Positions 18,825-32,100 of a DNA stretch of 64,000 nt are shown one piece after another. The stretch's first letter is position 1; every line of letters begins with the position of its first letter. The notes below the pieces were generated by a model. That model ran no database searches and was not told the origin of the DNA. It was given only the letters and a program-made list of their open reading frames with translations. The stretch is from Macrostomum lignano (lineage: Eukaryota), in assembly GCA_002269645.1 (NCBI GenBank), contig NIVC01000404.1:186001-250000 (forward strand). The letters are read 5' to 3'. Position numbers and translations under genes: made by a program.

Positions 18825-21800
18825 TCAGTCTTCGGAATCATCTAATTTAGTTGCGTCAGCAGTTGTCTCAGTTAGAGGTAGGTCTGAAATAAAAATATGG
18901 TTGAAAGTTGGATTTTAAAATGTTATAAATAATGCTTCTCTATTTTTAGACGACAAAAGTACAAATCGAACTCGAAAAACATTGGTCTGTACTATACTAT
19001 GTAAATTATTTGTGGGTGACGACTGGCTATGCGGCGAGTGTACATTGGTTTGGGGTGGTGGGTGAGGACTGGCTATGCGGCGAGTATACATTGGCTTGGG
19101 GTGGTGGGTGAGGACTGGCTATGCGGCGAGTGTACATTGGCTTGGGGTGGTGGGTGAGGACTGGCTATGCGGCGAGTGTACATTGGCTTGGGGTGGTGGG
19201 TGAGGACTGGCTATGCGGCGAGTGTACATTGGCTTGGGGTGGTGGGTGAGGACTGGCTATGCGGCGAGTGTACATTGGCTTGGGGTGGTGGGTGAGGACT
19301 GGCTATGCGGGGAGTAAACACTGATTTGGGCATCACAAATTATTCTTTAATAATAATCAATAACGTACAAAAGTTGAAAAAATGCTTCTAGTGATACAAA
19401 ACATTATTAAGCAGCAGATAGTTAGCTGAAAAGTTTACTATATCTATAGGCACTGCACCGAACTAATGATAGCTAAATTTCTACTACAAATTTAGAATTG
19501 ATTTTAGATTTAATTCGTGCAAAATGACTCATTGTACTGTGATCAAAAAGTAGAAAATTAGAAAAGATAAGCGGGATTAATTAATTAATCAGATTAGATA
19601 AGCATTTTAGCAGCAAGCCAGTATAGACAAAGTAAGTATGTGAAAGTGCAAATCGTTTGTGATTAATTGATTACATTGTAGACAAAGCCTTTAATGGACA
19701 ATTAAAAATCGTTTAAAGCACTCCAACTGCTTTAACTAATCTTACACCTTGATACCCAAAGTCAAATACAAAAGAAACCGTAAAAAATTATTCTTGTGTT
19801 TTCATTCAACTACCTTATTATGTGGTGGATGCCCGACCAATAAGAATCAAGGATGGGCGGGTGGGTTTGCTGACTAATAGGAATAAAGAATAGGGCGGGT
19901 GTGTGTCTCGACCAGTAGGAATGAACGAGTGGGGCGGGTGGGTGTCCCGACCAATAAGAATAAAGGATAGGGCGGGTCGGTGTCTCGACCAATAGGAATG
20001 AAATATGGGGCAGGGTGGGTTTTCTGACTAATAACAATGAAGGATGAGCGGGGTGGGTGTCATGACCAATAAGAATGAAGGATGGGGCGGGGTAAGTGTC
20101 CCGACCAATGGGAATGAAGGATGAGCGGGGTGGGTGTCATGACCAATAAGAATGAAGGATGGGGCGGGGTAAGTGTCCCGACCAATGGGAATGAAGGATA
20201 AGCGGGGTGGGTGTCCTGACTAATAGGAATGAAGGATGGGCGGGGTGGGTGTCCTGACCAATAGGAATGAAGGATGGGCGGGGTGGGTGGCCTTATCGAT
20301 AAGCATGAAGGATGGGGCGGGTCGGTGTCTCGACCAATAGGAATTAAGGATGGGCGGGGTGGGTGGGTGTCCTGACTAATAAGAATGTAGGATAGGGCGG
20401 GTGGGTGTCCCGACCAATAAGAATGAAGGATGTGGCGGGGGGGGTGTCCCGACCAATGGGTGAAGGAAAGGTCAGTCCTCTGATTTAAATTAAAATTACA
20501 AGTTTACTAAGAGTCTTTCGTCAATATAAAATAACATCGTTTGTCAACAACTTTTACCGTGTGTATTCCAGATGCTCCAGCTCCAATTCCAACCACTGTT
20601 GATTATAGTATTAAAGAAAAATATGCAAATGCACACATTTAGCACCGCAAATGCGATAATGACAACAAAAAATGAATAAACTGTTGGCGTGGCCTAAATG
20701 ATAACACCCTAAACTAGATTAAAAACTAATATCCAATTGAATTTGAAAATATTTTTGTGCAATATTTCGTGCAGATAGGAGGGTATATGAAGTTATTAAG
20801 TATGCATTTAACAGCTTACTACCTTATTAGTAGCACTACTACATATATAAGATTAACTTTAGTAATTTGAGTAGCTACTAAATATATAATAAAATTTCTA
20901 TACCATGTTATAATTACATGTAAAGGTAGTTAGTAAGTTTATAAATGCGCGAAATTCATACCACTACTACTTTTACTACTACTAATGCTGGAATTTAAGT
21001 AGAATATTATGCATGCGGCATACTAAGCATTAACTTATATAGCTGACCTAAATATATTAATCAAAAAGAAATTGTTATTAATCAGACAAGATAACATTTA
21101 GGCAACACAGACGAATGAAAACAAGAAAAACAATTTAAAAAACTGGGGGAATCTACAGAGTTTTTAAAATGAATGTTGGATTTATAATTTGTTAATAGAT
21201 AATAAAAATTACGCCAGACGAAGAAAGCAGAGGAGAGACGTGAGACATAAGAGAGTGAGACAGGAGAAGGAAGAAAGGAGAGAAGAGAGACTGGAGTAGG
21301 GAGACAGGAGAGAAGGGAGACAGGAGAAGTGAGACAGGAGAGAAGTGAGACAGGAGAAGGGAGACAGGAGAAGTGAGACAGGAGAACGGAGACAGGAGAA
21401 GGGAGACAGGAGAAGTGAGACAGGAGAACGGAGACAGGAGAAGGGAGACAGGAGAAGGGAGACAGAAGAGAAGGGAGACAGGAGAAGGGAGACAGGACAG
21501 AAGGGAGACAGGAGAGAGGGAGACAAGAGAAGGGAGACAGGAGAAGTGAGACAGGAGAGAAGGGAGACAGGAGAAGTGAGACAGGACAGAAGGGAGACAG
21601 AAGTGAGACAGGAGAGAAGGGAGACAGGAGAGAAGGGAGACAGGAGAAGGGAGACAGGAGAGAAGGGAGACAAGAGAAGTGAGACAGGAGAGAAGGGAGA
21701 CAGGAGAGAAGGGAGACAGGAGAAGGGAGACAGGAGAGAAGGGAGACAGGAGAGAAGGGAGACAGGAGAGAAGGGAGACAGGAGAGAAGGGAGACAGGAG

Positions 21801-24800
21801 AGAAGGGAGACAGGAGAAGGGAGACAAGAGAGAAGGGAGACAAGAGAAGTGAGACAGGAGAAGGGAGACAGGAGAAGGGAGACAGGAGAGAAGGGAGACA
21901 GGAGAAGGGAGACAGGAGAAGGGAGACAAGAGAAGTGAGACAGGAGAAGGGAGACAGGAGAGAAGGGAGACAGGAGAAGGAAGACAGGACAAGGGAGACA
22001 GGAGAAGGGAGACAGGAGAAGGAAGACAGGAGAAGGGAGACAGAAGATGGGAGACAGGAGAAGGAAGACAGGAGAAGGGAGACAGTAGAAGGGAGACAGG
22101 AAAAGGGAGACAGGAGAAGGGAGACAGGAAAAGGGAGACAGGAGAAGGGAGACAGGAAAAGGGAGACAGGAGAAGGGAGACAGGAGAAGGGAGACAGGAG
22201 AAGGGAGACAGGAAAAGGGAGACAGGAGAAGGGAGACAGGAGAAGTGAGACAAGAGAGAAGGGAGACAGGAGAAGGGAGACAGGAGAAGGGAGACAGGAA
22301 AAGGGAGACAGGAGAAGGGAGACAGGAGAAGGGAGACAGGAAAAGGGAGACAGGAGAAGGGAGACAGGAGAAGGGAGACAGGAGAAGTGAGACAAGAGAG
22401 AAGGGAGACAGGAGAGAAGGGAGACAAGAGAGAAGGGAGACAGGAGAGAAGGGAGACAGGAGAGAAGGGAGACAGGAGAGAAGGGAGACAGGAGAGAAGG
22501 GAGACAGGAGAGAAGGGAGACAGGAGAGAAGGGAGACAGGAGAGAAGGGAGACAGGAGAAGTGAGACAGGAGAAGGGAGACAAGGTGTGCAAGGGTCGCA
22601 CACTAAAATTAAAGCCAGTGTTAAAAACTACATTAAAACGCCAGCTACAAAGTAGCAGAGATTAGGGGCAGCAGAACGTGAAGCACGGCAGCAAATAGCC
22701 CAGTAACTCACCGTTCCCGTGGCTGCCAGACCTGATCAACAGTCTTGGTGTCGCAGAGTCCCACGGGGTCAAGTCGCGATCGTCGATGGCGCCGGCTGGC
22801 TGCGACTGCGGCAGTGCGGCGGCGGCGACTGTCGAGAGGGCGGAACCGCTGCTGTCTGTTGCGATGGGAGAAGGGAGATGAGAAACTATAGAATGGAGAT
22901 AGAGGGATAGAATGAAGGGGACAGGGGGATAGAATGAAGGGGGACAGGGGGATAGAATGAAGGGGGACAGGGGGATAGAATAAAGGGAGACAGGGGGATA
23001 GAATGGAGACAGAAGGATAGAATGAAGGGAGAACTGGAGAAGGGATGAAAGTATGAAAGGAGACATACATGTACGATTCAGACAGAGTCAGACACAGGAG
23101 AACTGGACACAGAGAGAGTCAGACACAGGAGAACTGGACACAGAGAGAGTCAGACACAGGAGAACTGGACACAGAGAGAGTCAGACACAGGAGAACTGGA
23201 CACAGAGTCAGACACAGGAGAACTGGACACAGAGAGAGACACAGGAGAACTGGACACAGAGAGAGTCAGACACAGGAGAACTGGACACAGAGAGAGTCAG
23301 ACACAGAAGAACTGGACACAGAGAGAGTCAGACACAGGAGAACTGGACACAGAGAGAGTCAGACACAGGAGAACTGGACACAGAGAGAGTCAGACACAGG
23401 AGAACTGGACACAGAGAGAGTCAGACACAGGAGAACTGGACACAGAGAGAGTCAGACACAGGAGAACTGGACACAGAGAGAGTCAGACACAGGAGAACTG
23501 GACACAGAGAGAGTCAGACACAGGAGAACTGGACACAGAGAGAGTCAGACACAGGAGAACTGGACACAGAGAGAGTCAGACACAGGAGAACTGGACACAG
23601 AGAGAGTCAGACACAGGAGAACTGGACACAGAGAGAGTCAGACACAGGAGAACTGGACACAGAGAGAGTCAGACACAGGAGAACTGGACACAGAGAGAGT
23701 CAGACACAGGAGAACTGGACACAGAGAGAGTCAGACACAGGAGAACTGGACACAGAGAGAGTCAGACACAGGAGAACTGGACACAGAGAGAGTCAGACAC
23801 AGGAGAACTGGACACAGAGAGAGTCAGACACAGGAGAACTGGACACAGAGTCAGACACAGGAGAACTGGACACAGAGAGAGACACAGGAGAACTGGACAC
23901 AGAGAGAGTCAGACACAGGAGAACTGGACACAGAGAGAGTCAGACACAGAAGAACTGGACACAGAGAGAGTCAGACACAGGAGAACTGGACACAGAGAGA
24001 GTCAGACACAGGAGAACTGGACACAGAGAGAGTCAGACACAGGAGAACTGGACACAGAGAGAGTCAGACACAGGAGAACTGGACACAGAGAGAGTCAGAC
24101 ACAGGAGAACTGGACACAGAGAGAGTCAGACACAGGAGAACTGGACACAGAGAGAGTCAGACACAGGAGAACTGGACACAGAGAGAGTCAGACACAGGAG
24201 AACTGGACACAGAGAGAGTCAGACACAGGAGAACTGGACACAGAGAGAGTCAGACACAGGAGAACTGGACACAGAGAGAGTCAGACACAGGAGAACTGGA
24301 CACAGAGAGAGTCAGACACAGGAGAACTGGACACAGAGAGAGTCAGACACAGGAGAACTGGACACAGAGAGAGTCAGACACAGGAGAACTGGACACAGAG
24401 AGAGTCAGACACAGAAGAACTGGACACAGAGAGAGTCAGACACAGGAGAACTGGACACAGAGAGAGTCAGACACAGGAGAACTGGATACAGAGAGAGACA
24501 CAGGAGAACTGGACACAGAGAGAGTCAGACACAGGAGAACTGGACACAGAGAGAGACAGACACAGGAGAACTGGACACAGAGAGAGTCAGACACAGGAGA
24601 ACTGGACACAGAGAGAGACAGACACAGGAGAACTGGACACAGAGAGAGTCAGACACAGGAGAACGGGACACAGAGAGAGACACAGGAGAGCTGGACACAG
24701 AGAGAGTCAGACACAGGAGAACTGGACACAGAGAGAGTCAGACACAGGAGAACTGGACACAGAGAGACACAGGAGAACTGAACACAGAGAGAGTCAGACA

Positions 24801-25998
24801 CAGAACTGGACAAGAGAGAGTCAGACACAGGAGAACTGGACACAGAGAGAGTCAGACACAGGAGAACTGGACACAGAGAGAGACACAGGAGAACTGAACA
24901 CAGAGAGAGTCAGACACAGGACAACTGGACACAGACTATCAGCAGTCCTCACCATCCAGTCCAGCAGAGACGGCCACGGCAGCCATCATACTGGCAGGCC
25001 GGAGACCATCGCTGCCGCTTAAACAACCAGAATCGTCGATAGTGGATGATCGACCGCGCGTCGCCGCGCGTCGCCTGCTGGGCGCCGATTTCATAGCTGG
25101 GCGAGGGCGATGGTAAAATAGCATGATAATTATATCAGTGTTGCCTTTAAAATTACGCTCAGTTGAGCAGATATCAAATAAGTGAGATCTATGTGAATTA
25201 ATAATTAAATAATTACACGTATATACGCGAGTGAACACAGCCAGCGATAAAACATATCTTATCTTATTTGAACAAGTAATTAACTGGCAGTTGTGGCAGA
25301 AAAATAATTTCTAGAAAATTTGTTAATTACGAGTATAATTACAGACATTTTGTAATAAACAGGTAAAGCGATATTTAATAGGCCAATAAAAACTGAGATT
25401 ATTTCTCTATTTTATTACCTTGACATTTATAGGTAATATTTATATAGTAAGCCGTCAGAAAAAAAGTTAACGCACTACTGACTAAAGCAAATCTAATTCA
25501 GTAGTATAGATATATACGTCAAATTTTAAATATTAGAATATTTTTTAAAGAAAATAGACTCTACGCAGTTAAACGCACAGCGGTAATTCAATTAAACATT
25601 AATTTTGTATTGAAAAAGTATTAATCAAAATCTTACCAATCGCAGCTGAGGCTGTTTATGTTAATTTGAAAAAATAGGGCAATATTAACATTTTTATTTC
25701 TCTTTTAAAAAAGGCGGCAATGTTCGATTATTCTACTTGCGCCCGCACAGTAGTTTAAGGCAGTAGTATACTATTTCTTCAATAAATTACTTACACGAAG
25801 ACAATAATAAAGTGCAGCTAAATTAGCCCAACAACCAAAAATTTAGAAAACTATCTGACACAACAGTTACTGGAATAAACTTACGAAATATCCAATAAAT
25901 GCAAATATTTCTACGAAGCATATAACTAAATTTAATACCCCTGTACATTGGAAAAACAATTCAGTTCTAATAAAAACAATACAGGTTTTTTGTCTGCC

Positions 25999-26031
<33 letters not shown>

Positions 26032-26042
26032 GCCTGTCTTGC

Positions 26043-26081
<39 letters not shown>

Positions 26082-26132
26082 AGGGATGTATGTTTGTCTG
26101 TCTGTCTTTGTGTCTGTCTTTCTGTCTGTCTT

Positions 26133-26165
<33 letters not shown>

Positions 26166-29100
26166 AGGGATGTATGTCTGTCTGTCTGTCTGTGTGTCTA
26201 TTTTTCTGTCTGTCTCTCTGTCTGTCTGTCTGTGTGTCTGTCTTTCTGTCTGTCTGTGTGTCTGTCTTTCTGTCTGTCTGTGTGTCTGTCTTTCTGTCGG
26301 TCTGTCTGTCTGTCTGTCTGTCAGTCTGTCTGTCTGTCTCGCTTTTTTTAGATAATTTATTCTCTAAAAATCAGTGAAAAGTACCTCAACCATTTGTGAG
26401 TGTGATACCAAACACTCCCACTGTATACTAACAGAAAGAGACGATAACTGATGGTCAGACAACCAGCATCCTATAGAAAGTACACACATTTAAAAGTGCC
26501 ACAAATTAGGCTTAAATAGGCATGGAACCTGATGATATATTAATTAAGAGTGTTCAATAATAGTACTAATAGTAGTAGTGCTAGAAGAAAGTCAAGGAGT
26601 AAAAGAACTCAAAGTGAAAAAAACAATAAATAATAGCGACAAAAAACGATGGTGAAGTATATATCATTGCTGAACAATATTATGATTATTATGCCGTGTG
26701 CCACTGATAATCCATAATTGAAATATAAACTATATTGATGGTGTAAAAACTAAAGGTTTATTAACTAACTTTATATCATGATGCTACTAAAGACAAACAC
26801 ACTCTCGCGATGAATATTTTTATTACCGAGATTAACGATACGCCGGAATCGGAGCGCATTTGGTCCAAGCATGTGCGGCTCGTCCACTTGGAATTGAATT
26901 TCAAAATTAATAATCATAAACACTACTGAGCTAAGGATTTCAATCAGATGGCAATTATGAAACAATGTGAAAAATTGTGGCAGGAGAATGGCACAAGAGA
27001 ATGGCACAAATGTTGTGTGTTAACTATTAACGATATACATATTAGTATAATTATTATTTATTTTAATTTTTATTCTAGATGCTTGGGAGGTTGGTAGCCC
27101 AGCAACTGAGGATCTAGGAGGCTGGCCCAGCAACTGAGGATCTGGGAGGCTGGCCCAGCAACTGAGGATCTGAGAGGCTGGCCCAGCAACTGAGGATCTG
27201 GGAGGCTGGCCCAGCAACTGAGGATCTGGGAGGCTGGCCCAGCAACTGAGGATCTGAGAGGCTGGCAGAGCAACTGAGGATCTGAGAGGCTGGTGGCCCA
27301 GCAACTGGGGATCTGGGAGGCTGGTGGCCAGCAACTGGGGATCTGGGAGGCTGGCCCAGCAACTGAGGATCCGGGAGGCTGGCCCAGCAACTGAGAATCC
27401 GGGAGGCTGGTCCAGCAACTGAGGATCCGGGAGGCTGGTCCAGCAACTGAGGATCCGGGAGGCTGGCGCAGCAACGGACACTCTGGGAGGCTGGCAAAGC
27501 AACTGAGGATCCGGGAAGCTGGCCCAGCAACTGAGGATCTGGGAGGCTGGTCCAGCAACTGAGGATCCGGGAGGCTTATTAGCATTGAGGTGGTGCAATT
27601 TGGAAACGAATAGGTTTTAATATAACAACTCTGATTGGCACAAAAGTATTTAGTGATTCCTCACTATTTTATAATATACATTTAAGCTATATTAGTTAAA
27701 TAAAAATCTTGTAGTTACAAGACTCACACCAAAGTCACGTACACTAACGCTCATTAACTCTTGCCAAAAATGTGCCAATTTTAGCACTTTAAATAACATT
27801 CAAACAACTCAACAAAATCCAATTGTGATTAGCTTGACAATTTAACATTTACTATTCTGATGAACTAACAAAAAACAGAAAATTGAAAATCAAATTTGTT
27901 AGTAAAATTATTTTACAAAACACTTTGATTACATCAAAGTACTTACAGCTTTCAACCTTTTTGAAGACGTCGTTCTTCAGATACAATTGAAATCTTTCAG
28001 AGTAGAATCTAGGATTGTGCACGCTCACTGTGTCCTGGATAAAGTTATTGTAGAATAAACTATAGAAACATAACCATACTGACAAAAAGCTTTTATTACG
28101 GTTAGTTAAAAAACAGCCGCCAAAAAACCCAATAGCAATATCATTAGCCTTTAAACTGTTGCGATAACAACCCTTTGATCCATGCCGCCAATAACAACTC
28201 TTTGATCTATGCGGCAAATAATTTTTTTTGATCTATGCCGCCGATAAATTCCTTTGAACTATACCGCCAACAACTTTTGATCTATGCCGTCAATAAAAAC
28301 ACTTTGATCTGTGCCGCCAATAAGAACATTTCAATTTATGCCACCAACAAAAACCCTCTGATCTATGCCGCTAAAAACACCTTAATTTATTGTAGAGTGT
28401 TCTACCTCCCGCAAAGAAGTAAATTGACAATCGTAGAATGTTACTATAAGTAAATAAGTGCACGCATGCGCACCTAAACTTTAAGGATGATTCATGTTAC
28501 TATCTATAGCAGCAGAATGATTCATGTTACTATTTATAGCAGCAGAATGAATCATGTTACTATTTATGGCAGCACCATGGGTCATGTTACTATTTATAAC
28601 CACACGATGAATCATGTTACCCCTTATAGCGCAACGCGTGAATCATCATGTTACTATTTTTGGCCCACAAAATCGTCTATAAATACAAGCGGTCCAAAGC
28701 GGTACCGGAGTTATTTTCCCCACGGAAGAGGAGCGCTCCGAAGAGGAAGCCCTTAGCGAGACTTCCTGGTTACCAAGTCAATCGAGACTCGGTCGAGTTG
28801 TTGCGGTAAGCCTTTCTCATTTGCGCCTGTGTTTGAGACGTCTCGCTCAAGTCTAGTGTGACTTGACTCTTGAGTCCATTGAGACTCCATTGGCAGTAGT
28901 CGCCCGAAGTACTACCCTAATAGATCTTAGAGATAACCGGAGCATTACCTAGAGTGCAGAGAGGCACTACTAGAAGGAGAAGGCTAACGAGAAACCGCTA
29001 TTCGGCGCAGGGATCCCATTGTTTGATACGAGGCTGGTCCTGACTGAAGATACCCGCCGGAAGGAACTTCGTCGGAAGTGGAAGAAAACCTGGACCAGAA

Positions 29101-32100
29101 GCGACTGAAGAATCAAGGCGCCTGATCTACAAGATCACAAAGAGATCCACGCGAGATCTACTCGAAGTATACAGAAGGGATATCTCCAAACGACGTCAAG
29201 GTAAGAAGTACCTTTAATTGATAACTTCATTATGCCACCAACGAAAACTCTCTGATCTACGAGTATGCCGCTAACAAAAACCATATAATCAAGGCCACCA
29301 ATAATAACTCTAATGAATGCCGCCATGAAATTAGCAACCTGTATTATTGCAATTTTATAACTCACCCCGTCAGTAATGATACTCTTCATGGCATGTTCCA
29401 TCTTCTTGAACAGGCGATAATTCTGCAGGATGTCAATGATGCCCATGTATAGGAATAGGCGCTCGCCTTTGGCGTTTCTAGCTGGAATGCCGCCAACCCT
29501 GAAAGCAATAGCGATAAAACTATTGTTACAAAGTGATTATCCCATATGTGACATGAAAATATACCTAACTGAGGATCAAATTAACAGTCAGTGGAAAATC
29601 CCATCACAATGGAAAATACCGTCACAATGGAAAATATCATCACAATGGAAAATCCTATCACAATGGTAAATACCATCACACTAAAATCCAATCAAAACGA
29701 AAAATCCCATCATACGAGCTAATGAGAAATCCCACTATAATGAAAAATCCCACCATAATGAGAAATCCCACCATAATGAGAAATCCCACCATAATGAGAA
29801 ATCCCATCATAATGAGAAATCCCATCATAATGAGAAATCTCATCATAATGAGAAATCTCATCATAATGAGAAATCCCATCAAAACGAAAAATCCCATCAC
29901 AATGAAAATCCCTTCATAATGAACAATGCCTCACGGAGTAATGTCCATCTCGTCAGAGTGCAAATCGATGGGCGCCGTGTTCTCAGCATTGATTGACTCA
30001 ATCGGCGTATTGAACACGGAAATCTTCTTTAGACTCCAGCCTCGTTGAAGGCCTTCAACGCTGCCGCCGCGGCCAGCGCGTCGCTGCTGCTGCTGATTGC
30101 CGTCGGATTCATCGAAGCTGGCGGAGGCGGCCGCTGCAGAGGCGGTCAGTGCCGATGCGGATGTTGCTGCGCCTGCGCCGGAAGTTGACGGCGCGCCGCC
30201 TGCGAAGCCAACTGTTGCAGCGGCGCCAACGGAGCTGGTGGGTCGCTGACGCTCCTGTTGATGATTTGGCGACCCATTTTAAAGTACATCACTATTGGTG
30301 AAAGTGGAAAATCTTAAGGTAGGGAAATCCCATGGTTAGCCCAGGTGTGCCAGCGACCCAGGCTCGATTCCAAGTGCAGTCACAGTTTATTGGGAAATCC
30401 CAGGGTAGCTTATTGGGAAATCCCAGGGTAGCTTATTGGGAAATCCCAGAGTTGTTTATAGGGAAATCTTAGGGTTGATTTTGGGAAATCCAAGGGTTGT
30501 TTATAGGGAAATCTCAGGGTAGTTTATTGGGAAATCCCGGGGTATTTCGTGGGAAATCCCGTGTATTTTATTAGGAAATCCTGGTTATTTTTTGGGAAAT
30601 CTCAGGGTAGTTTATTGGGAAATTCCGGGGTATTTTTGGGAAATAATGGGTATTTTATTGACAAATCCCGGGGTTGTTTAGAGGAAAACCCCGGAGCTAT
30701 TTATAGGGAAATCTCAGGTAGCTTGTTGGGAAAATCCAGGGTAGTTTAGTGGAAAATCCTGGGGTTTTTTCATTAGAAATCCCAAAGTAAATTGATGGGA
30801 ACTCTCATAAAAACTAAAAAGATGGGAGAGGTTTTAAATCATAAGTCATAACTCAAATCAATAGCTCACCCTTTCTCGAAGAGTCTGATCTAAATTATAA
30901 ATGCCCAACAGTAGCGAGTAGTCCATAATTCGAAACGATTCAAGTACCAGACAGTCTCGACTAATGCATTCGATTAGGCTGGTGTAGATGTCTGCCTCAA
31001 GCGACAGGCCCGTCTCGTGTAGTGCTCTGCGGACAATGCGGATGAGACTTAGGGAATGGAGTGCTTAAATGTATGGAGTGCTCTAATGGATGGAGTGCTC
31101 AAATGGATGGAGTACTCAAATGGATAGAGTGCTCAAATGGATGGAGTGTTCTAATGTATGTAGTACTCGAATGTATGGAGTGCTCAAATGTATGGAGTGC
31201 TCAAATGGATGGAGTGCTCAGATGGATGGAGTGCTCAAATGGATGGAGTGCTCAAATGTATGGAGTGCTCAAATGGATGGAGTGCTCAAATGGATGGAGT
31301 GCTCAAATGGATGGAGTGCTCAAATGTATGGAGTGCTCAAATGGATGGAGTGCTCAAATGGATGGAGTGCTCAAATGGATGGAGTGCTCAAATGGATGGA
31401 GTGCTCAAATAGATGGAGTGCTCAAATAGATGGAGTGCTCAAATGGATGGAGTGCTCAAATAGATGGAGTGCTCAAATGGATGGAGTGCTCAAATGGATG
31501 GAGTGCTCAAATGGATGGAGTGCTCAGATGGATGGAGTGCTCAAATAGATGGAGTGCTGAAATGGATGGAGTGCTCAAATGTATGGACTTCTCAAATGGA
31601 TGGAGTGCTCTAATATATGGCTCATGGAGAGCTCAAACAGAAGAACTGTCTTTAGGACACAGTTTCATATTGAATATTATAAATAATAATCTTGCTCACT
31701 TAAAATCCAAATCTTTAAACGTAGGCGAAGATTTCGCTCGCTCGGCATTGCTTGCCTGGCGCTTATAAGTGGAGCCTTTCAGGTCGTACTTCTCCGTTAG
31801 CCGTATAGTAGAGGGCAGCAGGTTGTTCATCACTACGAAGCGAATGTTTTTACTGCCGCACTGTTCGGGATAGTTAGATAGATATTGATTTTAATAGTAT
31901 ATTATGTATGTTCAGTCCGAACAGACTACTCACTGAATAAATTAAACAGTAATATAAGTAGCGTTTCATCTTCTGACAATGTAAGACACAAGGTGAAAAC
32001 GAATCTGTTCAGACACTCTACAAAGATTAATAACGATGCGTACACAAACTGCATTCTGCGTAAGCACCTCCCGCAGGGTCCCAGTGAGCTTAGTACTTTA

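Noticed and set aside
19020-19315. 46-bp repeats (and other 20-31-bp arrays) as a CRISPR array
   Set aside because: Head-to-tail units with no unique spacers, no cas genes, eukaryotic context.
21082-24897. 437-614-aa repetitive ORFs
   Set aside because: Products of the purine-rich and 31-bp arrays lying in PIP5K1 introns.
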